Assembly: GCA_030390025.1 (NCBI GenBank)
Contig: CM059431.1
Location: 152,646,001-152,710,000 of the forward strand
DNA from: Squalus acanthias
Taxonomy: Eukaryota
Direction of reading: 5' to 3'
Length of the DNA: 64,000 nt
In this document: positions 12,011 through 24,270 of the stretch, one piece after another
How positions within the stretch are numbered: position 1 is the stretch's first letter
How the letters are laid out: each line of letters begins with the position of its first letter
Translations under genes and position numbers: made by a program
Notes under the pieces: generated by a model
Database searches by the model: none
What the model saw: the letters and a program-made list of their open reading frames with translations, nothing else
What the model was told of the DNA's origin: nothing

Positions 12011-13162
12011 ACAACAACAGAAAACGCTGGAAAAACTCAGCAGGCCAGGCAACATCCGTGGAGAGAGAAACAGAGTTAACGTCGAAGCCCTTCGTCAGAA
12101 CTGAGAAAATAGCAGGAAATGAAACAGATATAAATGCAAGGGGGAGGCTGGGGGGGGGGGGTGGGGAATAACTATGGTAAGTAGAGACATTAAGAGATGC
12201 TCAACGCAAGACGAGATGGTAATGGGACAGGTTTAAGAAACAAAAGGTGAAGTCTTAAATGCTGGCAGAATGAGAGACAGTTGCCGTAGGGGGAGAGAGA
12301 TAAAAAAAAATGGAAAAAGGCACGAACCAATAGGGTGGATAAAATGTATATATATGTGGTGGGGGCCGAGTTATGATCTGAAATTGTTGAACTCGATATT
12401 GAGTCCGGAAGGCTGTAAAGTGCCTAAACGGAAGATGAGGTGCTGTTCCTCGAGGTTACGCTGAGCTTCCGTGGAACAATGCACGAGGCCGAGGACGGTG
12501 AGGTCTGAGTGTGCGTGGAGAGGTGAATTAAAATGACAAGCGACCGGAAGCTCGGGGTCACCCTTACGGACTGAACGGAGCTGTTCCGCAAAGCGGTCAC
12601 CCAATCTGTGTTTGGTCTCCCCAGTGTAGAGGAGACCACATCGTGAGCAGCGAATACAGTATACTAGATTGCAAAAAGTACAAGGTAAATCGCTGTTTCT
12701 CTTGGATGGGTTGTTTGGGGCCCTGGAGAGTGGGAAGGGGGTATGTATAAGGGCAGGTGTTGCATCTCCTGCACTTGCACGGGAAGGTGCCGGGCGAGGG
12801 GGAAGTGGTGCTGGGGGTGATAGAGGAGTGGACTAGGGTGTCTCGGAGGGAACGGTCCCTACGGAATGCTGAAAGGGGAGGTGAGGGAAATGGTGGAGGA
12901 TGATCCGTTGAATGTGGAGGCTGGTGGGGTGAAAGATGAGGACAGGAGAAACTCTATCGTGGTTCCTGGAGGGAGGGGCAGGGGTAAGGGCAGAAGTGCG
13001 GGAGATAGAACGGACACGGTCGAGGGCCGTGTCGACCATGGTAGAGGGGAATCCTCGGTTAAAGAAAAAGGAAGACATGTCGGAAGCACTGGTATGGAAG
13101 GTGGCATCGTCGGAGCAGATGCGGCGGAGACGGAGAAATTGGCAGAAGGGAATAGAGTCCTT
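12011..13162 (-). mobile_element. Penelope-like element (RT C-terminus plus GIY-YIG) nested in the LTR element
   Basis: KDSIPFCQFLRLRRICSDD..RGFP and GDRFAEQLRSV..PVACHFNS..EEQHLIFRLGTLQPSGLNIEF; flanked by the 10-bp direct repeat AAGGACGGGA (12001-12010, 13163-13172). Confidence 0.92.
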
Positions 13163-14140
13163 AAGGACGGGATCCTGGGCTTGGACCTGCTTTAAGTCCG
13201 GGGGCAAAGCTACCCCCTTTGTGCCTCCCTTGTCCCGGATTGCAGCTACCGGACCTGCTTTATAGGGATCCCAGAACTCTCCTTCCCTGGTCGCTGCTTG
13301 GCCAACTTGCCGGCCTTTTGGTTACCCCCCCCCCCCCCCACGTGGTATGGAGGGATCCTAAATCTATGTCCAAAGGTTTGGACATTGCCCCAGCCTGCTC
13401 GTTCACTGTGAATCCCATTAAACTGTACGGGACCCCGTTCGACCTGGTTGAATTGGTCAGGTCTTCCGAATGGACCACCATGCTGGCAGCTCCGGTGTCC
13501 ACCAAACATCTCCCCTGCACGTTCTCCACCCCCAACTTACCATCGTATCCCGGGGAACACAGGTAGACAGGCTGCGCTGGTTCTAGTCATAGGTCTGCGT
13601 TAGGGCGGGCAGATGGGATTAATGAACCAGTCATTTTCCTCAGGGTTTTTCTTCTCTGATCTTTAAAAATGTCCAAAACTGAGGGTTTTACTTCAAATCA
13701 CTTCACGTAGGGTTCTGTTCGAGTTTCTGGGGGATTTTGCGAAGCCTGCAAGACTTTAGCACAAACATCTAGGCTGACACTCCAGTGCAGTACTGAGGGG
13801 GCGCTACCCTATCAGAGGTGCCGTCTTTCAGATGAGACTTTAAACCGAGGCCCCTTCTGCTCTCTCAGGTGGACGTAAAAGATCCGATGGCCACTATTTC
13901 GAAGAAGAGCAGGGGAGTTATCCCTGCTGTCCAGGCCAATATTTATCCCTCAATCAACATCATTAAAGCAGATTATCTGGTCATTATCACATTGCTGTTT
14001 GTGGGAGCTTGCTCTGCACCCATGGGCCGCCACATTACAAAAGTGACTACCCTTCAAAAAAAGTACTTCATTCACTGTAAAGCGCTTTGGAACGTCAGCT
14101 AGTCGTGGAAGGCGCTATATAAATGCAAGTCTTTCTTTAC

Positions 14141-15660
14141 TGTCACCTGTAATCTGTTGCCATCATGTGGTTCCCGGCACTGCTGCCGTTCTGCCAAATC
14201 TGAAGTATTCTGTTCCAGGACAGTCACTGTGTATTCCCACATTATTGCAACCGATGCTAGGGCAGAACATACTGTTAAAACAGTAACATAGGAAGGTAGA
14301 ACAACTTTGTATGGCATTCATCTGTGAAGTTTTATTCAATAAATATAGCGATATCTGGACTGGCAGCAGCAAGAAAACATCAACGTATAATCATACAAGC
14401 TTCAGGATTGCAATACAACCTCGACTGGTTCACTAATTTCCTGCATGGAGCGGAAGCTGTACGATCGTGTTAAATGAGTTGTATGGATTTGGCCAGCAAT
14501 TATACATTTTCATGATTAGCATTGGGGGGAACCGGGCTGTCACGGATCGGACACCCGTTCGCCACACCCCCCATTTTTCATCTCCAATGCCTTCACACAC
14601 CAAGAACAAAACAGCTAGTGAGGAAGTTAGAGCTGCAAAAGATACAAATAACAGTGAAGCTAATTTATATAAGAACCGAATATTTTCTAAAAGCATTCGC
14701 TAGTGAGGGAGTTGCTGATTTGAGATGTCGTTCATTCCAGTTGCTGGAGGGTTTAGAATTCAGCGCAGAGGCAGTTCTCTATAACTTCAAGGGGGAAAGT
14801 CCCGAGCATCAACAAATCCGGTGAGATGGATCAACGCTCATACAGAACGTTCAGAGACATGGTAGTGTAACATTTGCAATATTTACAAGATCCGAAATGT
14901 ATATTTAAATTGTCCGTGACTATAACAGACAACTCCTGGTACAGGTATATTGTGTATAAGTAAAACAGATTTATTAAGCACTTTACATCCAGTACAAGCA
15001 AGTAATACTGAACAAGATGATAGTCGCATTCCGTTTTTGGAACCCCAGTGTGCCCACCGGGTGACTACGGCGCCATCTCTTTTCTCAGTCTTGCTGTGTT
15101 CTGTTGACTGAAGTTTTCTCTTCTTCTGCTTTCGTGCTGACTCCACTGTTTAATAGCTGTTCATTTATACCTTTTTGCCCTTCAAAATACATAGCAACTT
15201 TCAGCTGCTTGGCTATCTCACCATCCTGAGCTTCAATAGTACGGTCTATGATTTCCTCACTTTTCCCTGAATGAGCTCTTCTATGAGAACTTTTACACAA
15301 GCAAGGTTTCCACGAATTACGACAGATGTATTTTGCCTTTCGCATAGCCCTTTATCTAGACTGGTCTGAAACTTCAGCGATAAGGGATGTTAGGTATTGA
15401 AAACCCTCTATCTTATTTTGAGAATTAATTAATGTTTTGTCCTTCACTGGCTTCTTGTTTTTAACATAACTGAACTTCAATCTACTTCAGCACTATTCTC
15501 GAAGTTAACATAATGTTGGCTTAATTTTACCATCATGCTTTGCTTCTCAGCCTTGTGTCTTTTTAACTAAGGTTATATATATTGTAACAGAGGTTTTATG
15601 CTTCTAACATATCTTATTATATATCATAGTAATTTTTTAAAAAGCATTACATTTAAAACA
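14141..15660 (-). pseudogene. PARP14: PARP14-like pseudogene segment: KH-like repeats, macrodomain 1 and start of macrodomain 2
   Basis: SVVIRGNLACVKVLIEELIQ (15267-15326, KH C-terminal strand-helix), EEIIDRTIEAQDGEIAKQLK (cf. KIERLVEVKPSLVIDYLK), IPVPGVVCYSHGQ then shifted YCKCYTT (cf. TDKPGAKQFF..FGCYIEL), SFNTIVQLPLHAGN, YKVVLPSY, DGNRLQVTV. Confidence 0.55.
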
Positions 15661-15664
15661 TTAT

Positions 15665-15868
15665 CAAAGGGCTCTGGAGGCTCAGTCATTGGATATATTC
15701 AAAACAGAAGTCGATAGATTTCTGACTAGTAAAGGGCATCAAGGGATATGGCGATTGGGCCGGTGAATGGAGTTGAAGCAGAAGATCAGCCATGATCTCA
15801 TTGAATGGCGGAGCAGGCTCGAAGGGCCGAATGGCCTACTCCTGTTCCTATGTTTTATGTTCTTATGT
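15665..15868 (+). mobile_element. CR1 3' fragment
   Basis: gaatggcggagcaggctcgaagggccgaatggcctactcctg plus a tatgttct tail. Confidence 0.9.
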
Positions 15869-15869
15869 A

Positions 15870-16265
15870 AATCCTACATATAAGCTCTATTCTACAATAG
15901 AGTAGCGGCTACTATTTCAGCAACATAAAATAATGGACTTGCATGAAGCAGCAAGACCAGAACCACACAAATACAAACTTTACTTGTATTTAAAGCAAGT
16001 GATAAAATAACCTAATCGCTCAGGTCCAATTGTCCATTATCGATGACATATAAAATAATGGAAACTAGCTCACGGTACAAGATAGAGAATCGTCTTTGTA
16101 ACAAGAATGCAATGCGAAACTCTCAGGGAAAGCTCCTCCTTCTAAAATCCTCTCTATAGACCTTCCTATAAAATCAGGAAGTGTGGAAATTATGTAGGAG
16201 TTTAAGTTATGTTGGACACATGGATTAAGCTCTTGTTTTACACAATATTTTTTGGAGTGGCTTAG
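15870..16265 (-). pseudogene. PARP14: PARP14-like pseudogene segment (KH-like region)
   Basis: SLYLCGSGLAASCKSIILCC*NSSRYSIVE resembles recalled TVLLTSCSSEALLEAEKQMLSALNYKRIEVE; position is collinear with the flanking segments. Confidence 0.4.
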
Positions 16266-16269
16266 AAAG

Positions 16270-16695
16270 TCCAGGAGTGGTAACATTCTCGTCTCTGAGT
16301 CAGAAGGTTGTGGCTTCAAGTTCCACGTCAGAGACTTGAGCACGAATTCTCTGCTGACACTCCAGTGCAGTCCTGAGCGAGGTCTGCACTGTCGGAGGTG
16401 CCGTCTTTCGGACATGAAGTTGGACCGAGGCGCCGTCTGCTCTCTCAGGTGGATGTAAAATATCCCCATGTCACTATTTCGAAGAAGAGCTGTGGAGGTC
16501 GTCCCGGTGTCCTGCCCAACATTTATCCCTCAAATGATCTGTTTATTATCTCACTGCAGCTCGTTAGAGCTTGCTGTGTACAAAATTACCTGCACATTTT
16601 CTAAACTTACAACAGTGACTACAGTTCAAAGTAGGAGTTGTGTGGAACGTTCTGAAGTCATGCATAACGCTGTATAAACGCAAGTTCTTAATTTC
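16270..16695 (+). mobile_element. DeuSINE (SacSINE1-like)
   Basis: Same Deu core as 13751-14140 (gctgacactccagtgcagt..gcactgtcggaggtgccgtctttcgga). Confidence 0.88.
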
Positions 16696-16709
16696 TATAT
16701 TTATTTCAT

Positions 16710-17335
16710 ATAAGCATATGTGATCTTGGGCTTCACAATAGAGGTATCGAGTACAAAAGCAGACAAGTTATGCTGAAACTTTGTAAAGAGTTTGTTAGGC
16801 CACAACTTGAGTATTGCGTCCCGTTCTGGTCACCACACTTCAGGAAGGATGCGAGGACCCTTGAGAGGGTGCAGAGGTGATGTACCAGAATTAGATACAA
16901 GGACAGGTTGGAGAAGATGGATCTGTTTTCATTAGAGCAAATGAGTTTGAGGGGTGATTTGTTAGAGGTGTACAAGATTATGACGGGTTTGGATAGGCTA
17001 AACGGGAAAAGGCTGTTCCCACTTGTTGATAGAACAGGGACCAGGGGACACCGATATAAGGTTTTGGGCAAGAGATACAGGGGGGCGTGAGAAAAAGTTT
17101 TTTACACAGCGAGTGGTGGTATCCTGGAATTCGCTGCTGATGGAAGTGTTGGAAGCGGAGACACTCAATATTTTCAAGGGTAGACTGGATAGGCACTTGA
17201 GGGAAATAAACTTGCAGGGCTACAAGGATAGAGCGGAGGAATGGGACTGACTGGATTCCTCTACAAAGCGCCGTCACGGACTCGATGAGCCGAATGGTCC
17301 CCTTCTGTGCCGTTTAGACTCTATGACACTATGAC
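16710..17335 (+). mobile_element. CR1 3' fragment
   Basis: LFSLEQMSLRGDLLEVYKIM, FFTQRVVVSWNSL; gactctatga tail. Confidence 0.92.
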
Positions 17336-17387
17336 AAGTTTTGTACTTCGTACAAAATAGTTTACAGATATTTAAAAATGAGAAATA

Positions 17388-17985
17388 TGGGGCCGAATTT
17401 TAAAATCCCTATCGTTGCGTGTGCACGCAACCATAGGGGGCGCGCAAGTGCCGGGTTTAGGCACGCGCTGCGCATGCGCTAAAACCCGGCACTTGCGATC
17501 TCTTGACAGATCCTCCGCATCCGCGGGATATGGGAATCCGTGGGTGGAGAGTTGCGCTTTTTGCACAACTACCACCTGCTGAAAGCTTGTCAAATTCTTA
17601 CGCCTTGTAAAAGCAGGTGTAAGGCCTGTTTTTACCAGCATAAGCGTTTTAAAAAAATAGAAAAATAAAATTAGTTCACTAATTTATAAGTTAAAATTAC
17701 TCTTCAAAAAGGTAAGTTTATTTTTAGCCCCGTTAAAACATTTAGTTACTTTTTTCCAAAAAATAAAACTTTTGTTTAAAATATTTAATTAAATGTTATT
17801 TTAATTAATTTTAAATATGCAATAAAAAAAGTGTATTTAATGTTTTAGTATGTTTTTAAATGTGATCCCCATTCATACTTTTGACAGTTCTGTGCCGATG
17901 GAACTGTTTAAAGTATAAAGCGGGTTCCCTTCTTTCATTAGTTGGCTTGGGCAACGTGATCCCAGGGGCGCTTGCAAGGAACCTA
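17388..17985. mobile_element. Hairpin-rich non-autonomous DNA element (MITE-like), right end cut by CR1
   Basis: Internal palindromes such as caagtgccgggttt..aaacccggcacttg (~17446-17495) and an AT-rich core; homologous to the copies at 24490 and 51282. Confidence 0.7.
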
Positions 17986-20440
17986 ACAGAGGATTGTAAA
18001 AGCTTCTACAAGTATGTAAAAGAAAAAGATTAGTGAAGACAAATGTAGGTCCCTTGCAGTCAGAAACGGGAGAATTTATAACGGGGAACAAGGAAATGGC
18101 TGGGCAATTAAACAAATACTTTGGTTCTGTCTTCACGGAAGAGGACACAAATAACACCCAGAAATGCTAGGGAACTAAGGGTCTCGGGAGAAGGAGGAAT
18201 TAAAGGAAAATAAGATGAGTAAACAAATAGTGCTGGAGAAATTAATGGAACTGAAAGCCGATAAATCTCCAGGGCCTGAAAATCTGCATCCCAGGGTACG
18301 AAAAGAGGTAGCCATGGAAATAGTGGATGCATTGGTTGTCATCTTTCAAAATTCTACAGCTTATGAAACTGTTCTTGCAGATTGCAGGGTGGCAAATGTA
18401 ACCCCACTATTTAAATAAAGGAGGGAGGGAGAAAGCAGGGAACTACAGACCGGTTAGCCTAACACCAGTAGTAGGGAAAATGCTAAAGTCTGTTATAAAT
18501 GATGTGATAACAGGACACTTAGAAAATATCAACGGGATTAGACAAAGTCAACATGGTTTTATGAAAGGGAAATCGTGTTTGACAATCGACTGGAGTTTTT
18601 TGAGGATGTAACTGGTAGAATAGATAAGGGAGAACCAGTGGATGTGGTGTATTTAGATTTTCAGATGGCCTTTGATAAAGTCCCACACAAGAGGGTAGTG
18701 TGAATTATTAAAGCACATGAGATTGAGACTAATATATTGGCATGGTTTGAAAATTGGTTAACAGACAGAAAACAGAGAGTAGGAATAAATGCGTCCTTTT
18801 CGGGGTGGCTTGCGGTGACTAGTGGGGTACCGCAGGGATCAGTGCTTGGGCCCCAGCTATTCACAATATATATCAATGATTTGGATGAGGGAACCAAATG
18901 TAATATTTCCAAGTTTGCTGACGACACGAAACTAGTTGGGATTGTGAGTTGTGAGGAGGATGCAAAGATGCTTCAAGGCGATTTAGACAAGTTGAGTGAA
19001 TGGGCAAATACATGGCAGATGCAGTATAACGTGATAAATGTGAAGTTACCCACTTCGGTAGAAAAACAGAAAGGCAGAGTATTTTAAATGCTGATAGACT
19101 GGGAAATGTTGATGTACAAAGGGACCTGGGTGTCCTTGTACACCAGTCACTGAAAGCAAACTTGCAGGCGCAGTAAGCAGTTAGGAAGGCAAATGGTATG
19201 TTTGCCTTTCTTTGCAAGAGGATTTGAGTACAGGAGCAAGGATGTCTTACTACAGTTATACAGGGCCTTGGTGAGACCACACTGGAGTACTGTGTGCAGT
19301 TTTGTTCTCCTTACCTAAGAACGGATATACTTGCCAAAGAGGGAGTGCAGCGAATGTTCACCAGCCTGATTCCTGGGATGGCAGGACTGTCGTATGAGGA
19401 GAGATTGGGTCGATTAGGCCTGTATTCAATAGAGTTCAGAAGAATGAGAGGGGATCTCATTGAAACGTCTAAAATTCTGGCAGGGCTAGACAGATTGGAT
19501 GTTTCCCCTGGCTGGAGGGACTAGAACGACGGGTCACAGTCTCAGGATACGGGGTAGCACATTTAGGACTGAGATGAGGAGACATTTCTTCACTCAGAGG
19601 GTGATGAACGTGTGGAATTCTCATCCACAGAAGGCTGTGGAGGCCATTTCACTTAATATATTTCAGAAGGAGATAAATAGATTTCTCGACACTAAAGGCT
19701 TCAAGGGGTATGGGGAGAGAGCGGGAATATGGTATTGAGATGGAAGATCAGTCATGATCATACTGAATGGCGAAGCAGGCTTGAAGGGCCGAATGGTCTA
19801 CTCCTCCTCCTATTTTCTATGTTTCTGTTTCTACAAAAGCAGGGAGGTTATGCTTGAACTGTATCAAACACTGGTTAGGCCATAGCTAAAGTACTGCGTA
19901 CAGTTCTGTTCACCACATTACAGGAAATATATGATTGTACTAGAGAGGGAACAGAGGAAATTTACGAGGATGTTGCCTGGACTGGTGAACTGTAGCTACG
20001 AGGAAAGATTGGATCGGCTGGGTGTGTTTGCTTTGGAACAGAGGAGGCTGAGGGGAGACCTTATTGAGGTGTATAAAATTATGAGGGGCCTAGATAGAGT
20101 GGATAGGAAGGACGTATTTCCCTGAGCAGAGGGGTCAAAATCCAGTGGGCATAGTTTTAACGTAATTGGTAGCAGGTTCAGAGGAAATTAGAGGGGAAAT
20201 TTCTTCATCCAGAGGATGGTGGGCGTCTGGAACTCACTGCCTGAAATGGTGGGAGAGGCAGAAACCCTCACTACATTTAAAAAGTGTTTGGATATGCACT
20301 TAACGTGCCTTAACCTACAGTGCTGGTACCAAGTGCTGGGAAGTGGAATAAGGCTGGGTAGCTCTTTGTCGGCGGCGTGCTCACGATGGGCCGAAATGTT
20401 CACCTTCCGTGCTGTAAATTTCTATGATTCTATGATTCTA
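17985..20440 (+). mobile_element. Two adjacent CR1 fragments (~17985-19830 and ~19830-20440)
   Basis: KSPGPENLHPRV, GVPQGSVLGPQLFTIYINDLD, SKFADDTK, RMRGDLIE; two separate 3' tails. Confidence 0.93.
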
Positions 20441-20444
20441 TAAT

Positions 20445-22000
20445 ATTCTGGTCAGCTTTGCACTCTACGACCCATAGTCTTCTATGCTTTGATCAAACCG
20501 GGCAGCAGAAGGGCCACTGCACAGCAATGTTACGGCAACGCCTTCATTCATTAGCTGTTGAAATTTTAGGGCACTAGGACCCTGGGTATATGTGTTCTCC
20601 GATTACAGGGATACTGCGACAGTATAGCCAGAACAGGAAGTATCTGCTCGGTTCCATTCTGATTGAGCCAGCATTGATTAGCGGTCATAACTCGGGAGGA
20701 GCAGGTTAGTAAGAGTATTACAGAGCTGCACAAAAACCACGGCTGAATATGGGTCAGGCGGTAAGTTTACTGATCTTTGGGCCTTAGTACCGTTGTTCTT
20801 TTAACTTTAAAAGATAATTGTGAAAACATGAGATCAGTAGGAAGCCGATACTTATAATCATGACTACTGGGTAGATGAAACAACTGAGGAAACGTAACAT
20901 GGGTTGTCTTTTGGGAACTGTGCATTATCAAAGTAAAGTGCGTCTCGCTCAAGCATTGCAGCATCACTGTGTTCAGCACCAGCCATGTAAAACTGGCATC
21001 GCTGCTGTTGGAACATAGAAGGAATGTGAGTTTTTCAAATCTGACCTCCCTTATGTGTTATGACTCGATGCATTTCCTCCATCGCCAGCTTGCAGGTTTC
21101 GGACGACCTTTTGCCGACCTCAGCTGCATAGATCAAGTGATAGCTGTCGAATCAATGCAAGGGGCTGATGATCATTAAAAAGCCGGGCATCATTCGGGGC
21201 GCTATCCAGACCTAGTCAGTGCTATGATATTTCTATCAGCAGTACGCGGATGAAGTCACTCAGGTACAGAAGGTAAATCTGACATCGAGGAACCTAAGGA
21301 GCAGTAATCCGGTAGAGTGACAATCTATTGGCGAAAACGCTCTTCAGTGTTGTTATTATGACCACAGTCGGGAGCGGCAGTGACTTCGCAATGAAGAAAC
21401 GCTGAAGGTTCTGTGATATCGCCGCTATTGCTTTGGGACATGAGTTCGAGCTTGTACCTCGATCCCGCAATATCACATAACCAAGTATAACTGGAAATTA
21501 ATGCGACATTACTTGGTCGCACTAGCGGTGAGCGGATGCAATAACTGTGTTCGATCGCTGTGTTAGGCGACGTTTCGACTGCGACTGCTGAAATCCTTTA
21601 AGATCTTGCAACTATAATCTGCCTTCAGATTCCGCGTTGCAATCACATTGAGGAATGGAATTCTTTATGCAGCAATACAACTGAGCTGGCAGCTTTGTAA
21701 AACATTTGCCGTCGTGGCCTTTATTCAAGGAGATGAGAGTGTAGCAGGTTCCCCATGTGCTGGTCCCGCTGGGAAGGTGGTGGGTCCCGGGTAGGATTGG
21801 TCTCGGCTGTGGCACTTCACCATCAGGGTTCATGTAGAAGTATTGCGCACTTAGCAGTACGTCAGAGCTTTGAAAGATGTCCGTGAGGGTCTTTTTCTCC
21901 TGCCTTTCTGGTACGCTTGCTCGAAGGACATTCAGCGAGCGTCAATTACAGTTCTGACACCAGGCGAGTTTTCCTGAATTCCAATTGTATCTAACTCCCT
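20445..22000 (-). pseudogene. PARP14: PARP14-like pseudogene segment (end of RRM3 into the KH region)
   Basis: LLSAQYFYMNPDGEVPQPRPILP (cf. [26 protein letters not shown]), IKNSIPQCDCNAESEGRL (21615-21668; cf. INDEMRRCHCELTWSQLSGKV), WLCDIAGSRYKL (cf. LSSIRSKYKV), SVNLPPDPYSAV..SYDR (cf. KMIISPGRYFLL..CYDR). Confidence 0.55.
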
Positions 22001-22287
22001 AAAGGACGATCATGTTCTGTGAGAGAATTTGTGTTCTGTTTGTTTTGGTACATTTATGTCGCTTCGAGCCTGCCGATTGCTACCATAAACTTGAAGCAGA
22101 ATATTGTACTGCAGTGTGTGTATGTCTGGCACACGATGCGTCCTGTGCGCACTTAGCGTGTTTTTTCTAAAGCACTGAGTGCATGTTTATGTGTCGACCC
22201 GCAGAACGTTACCCAGTCATGTCTTTGCAGGACACTTTGTAGTGAAGGTGACTTTCCAGTGCCGAGTGACTTTAGAACACAGGTAGA

Positions 22288-23250
22288 ATTAGAATCATAG
22301 AAGCTTACAGCACAGAAGGGACCATTCGGTCCATCGTTCCTGTGCTGACTCTTTGAAGGAGTTGCCCAATTGAGTCCCAGACCACAGCATTTTCCACATA
22401 ACACTACAAATTACTTCTCTTCAAATACATGTCCAATTGCCTTTTGAAAGTTCCTATGGAATCTGATCCCTATTTCCTTTCAGGTAGCACGTGCCAGCCC
22501 ATAACAAAATTCTGTGTGAGATCATTTCTCCTCATTTCCCTCTAGTGCTTTAGCCAATTTTTTTAAATATCTGGTTACCGACCCACTTACCAGACGAAAC
22601 AGTTTCTCCCTTCTAGATCCATCAAAACCACTTAGATTTTTGAATACCTCTATTAGGTCTCCCGTTAACCTTCTCTGCTCTAAGGAGAACAATACCAGCT
22701 TCTCCAATCTCTCCACATAGCTGAAGTCCTTCATCCCTGGTATCACCCCGGTAAATATCCTCTGTACCCTCTCCAGGGACTTGACATTCTTTCTAAAGTG
22801 TGTGCCCAGAATTGTACTCCAACTGAGGCCTCACCAGTGATTTGTAAAGGTTTACCATGAATTCCTTGCATTTCTAATCAATGCCACCCTATTTGCAAAG
22901 CCGATTATCCCACACGCGTTCGTAACTACGGTATCAACTTGCACACATTTAAAGATTTGTGAATATGCAGCCCCAGATCCGTCTGCTGAAGCACCTTCTT
23001 AAAAGTTGGACCATTTAGATTATACTGCCTCTCTATTTTGTTTCTCCCAAATTGCACCACTTCACACTTATCCACATTAACTGACATCTGTCATGTGTCT
23101 GCCAATTTCACCAGTCTGTCTATATTCTCCTGAAGTCTGGCACGATCAGTTCACCACTATTATTTGCCTGACCAGCCCTGAGCCAATTACGTAGCCAAGT
23201 GACCACCGTCCCTTTACCACCATGCGCTTCCATTTTCCGAGTAAGACTTT
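22288..23250 (-). mobile_element. CR1 3' fragment
   Basis: MIPGMKDFSYVERLEKLVLFSLEQRRLTGDLIEVFK; tail agaatcatagaa. Confidence 0.9.
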
Positions 23251-23254
23251 TGAG

Positions 23255-24270
23255 AACAAAGTAACTAATTAGCACAGAGTGATTGTGAAGTACACAGTGA
23301 CATTCTAGTAAAAGGTAAGTCTCTAACAGAGATTGATTTCCAAGTACAGGGCAATTTTCCCTCACGACTGCGACCTCGTTAGAAATATTTTATTACCAGG
23401 TTAGACGATTCGCGAGCAAGATATGGACATTTCGATCAAATTCAGCGAAAGTCGTCGATAATTTCTGTAATCAGTTCCCAGTCCGTAAACAGGCACAGCC
23501 ACATTAGCTGACGTAATAACATTTTGAGGATTTGATATGTTGGATTGCCAAATATCGTACGTAAGGACACTTTTCCAACGGGTTACCATAGCGATGCACA
23601 AAATTGTATTGCCAGCACTGAAATACTTGGCCGTTGCTTTGCTAACTGACTTCCTTGCCTCCAAATCGACCTTTTATTTATTGTTATTTTTTGATAAGTT
23701 TATATTAAGAAGAATTAAGCCAGCATTGATCAAGGATCTTGTTCCGCTGCAGTTCTCTTTGTTTTGAGTTAAAATGTTTAATAATACCAAAAATCCGGCT
23801 CCAGTTCCGTGAGAAAAGATTGTTTCTGTTTATTGTTTTGGTGAAATAACTCGTCTGGTGCAGATGTTGTTAGAAGCAGTTTAATTATGGCTCGTCACCA
23901 GGGGCGCGAATGTCTCAATGGAATGTGTGTGTGCGTGCGCACTTCCTGGCACAAAAGAAGAAGACTCAGCAACAACTAAACACAAAGTCAGGTGACGACT
24001 TAGTCTCTGAGAGTTGTTCTGGTCACAGCGAGACAGAATTTTTTTTTTCATTTTTATTGTATTATTTTTTAAAATGACGACACGCTGGGGTAATTTTACC
24101 TTTGAACGACAGTGTAAAATGGGGATATCGAATTGGCCGCATACTTCAATTTTCAATATTATTAAAACAACGTTTATCTGAAACCAACGCTTACTTTGAA
24201 ACTTCTGACACTCCCTCCCCCAACCACCCCCCCCCCCCCTCCATGATTCTAGTGAACCTCTCATTTTTCT
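23255..24270 (-). pseudogene. PARP14: PARP14-like pseudogene segment (RRM region)
   Basis: One long frame with few stops: KMKKKILSR, NVAVPVYGLGTDY (cf. DVAVVTFQKHIDT), RRLSLNLIEMSIS (cf. QLQLSPRLLEVTNT), KIALYLE (cf. SLKLFFE). Confidence 0.5.

Larger units (their letters stand above)
9410..13750 (-). mobile_element. Internally deleted retrovirus-like LTR element
   Basis: TG(9410)...CA(13750) termini with a 4-bp TSD AGAC (9406-9409, 13751-13754). Full 3' LTR 9410-10622, preceded on the - strand by the polypurine tract aaagggaggaa (~10623-10633). 5' LTR remnant 13633-13750 matches 10506-10622. Protease LVDTGA (13488-13505), RNase H end GNQKAGKLAKQ (13294-13326) and integrase-region DLKQVQAQDPVL. 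Confidence 0.9.
9340..14140 (+). mobile_element. DeuSINE (SacSINE1-like) split by the LTR element: pieces 9340-9409 and 13751-14140
   Basis: tRNA-like head (gctcagttggcagcac..ggttcaaatcccactcca) resumes after the insertion with the Deu core gctgacactccagtgcagtactgaggg..gtgccgtctttcagatgag..aaagatcc and ends in ggcgctatataaatgcaagtctttctt. Confidence 0.85.

Noticed and set aside
13160..13540. Gmr1-like protease-integrase domain order
   Set aside because: An RNase H C-terminal motif lies between them, so the adjacency is better explained by deletion of RT.
14433..14696. Hydrophobic ORF suggesting a membrane protein, or SAMD9 (LASLLF)
   Set aside because: An isolated short match; the flanking motifs fit the PARP14 macrodomain-1 position better.
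15267..15326. GNLACVKVLIE as an ankyrin repeat
   Set aside because: No TPLH motif or neighbouring repeats; the context fits a KH-type strand-helix.
23790..23825. IFSHGTGAGF as a Walker A motif of a viral helicase
   Set aside because: Lacks the GK[T/S] lysine and has no downstream Walker B or other helicase motifs.
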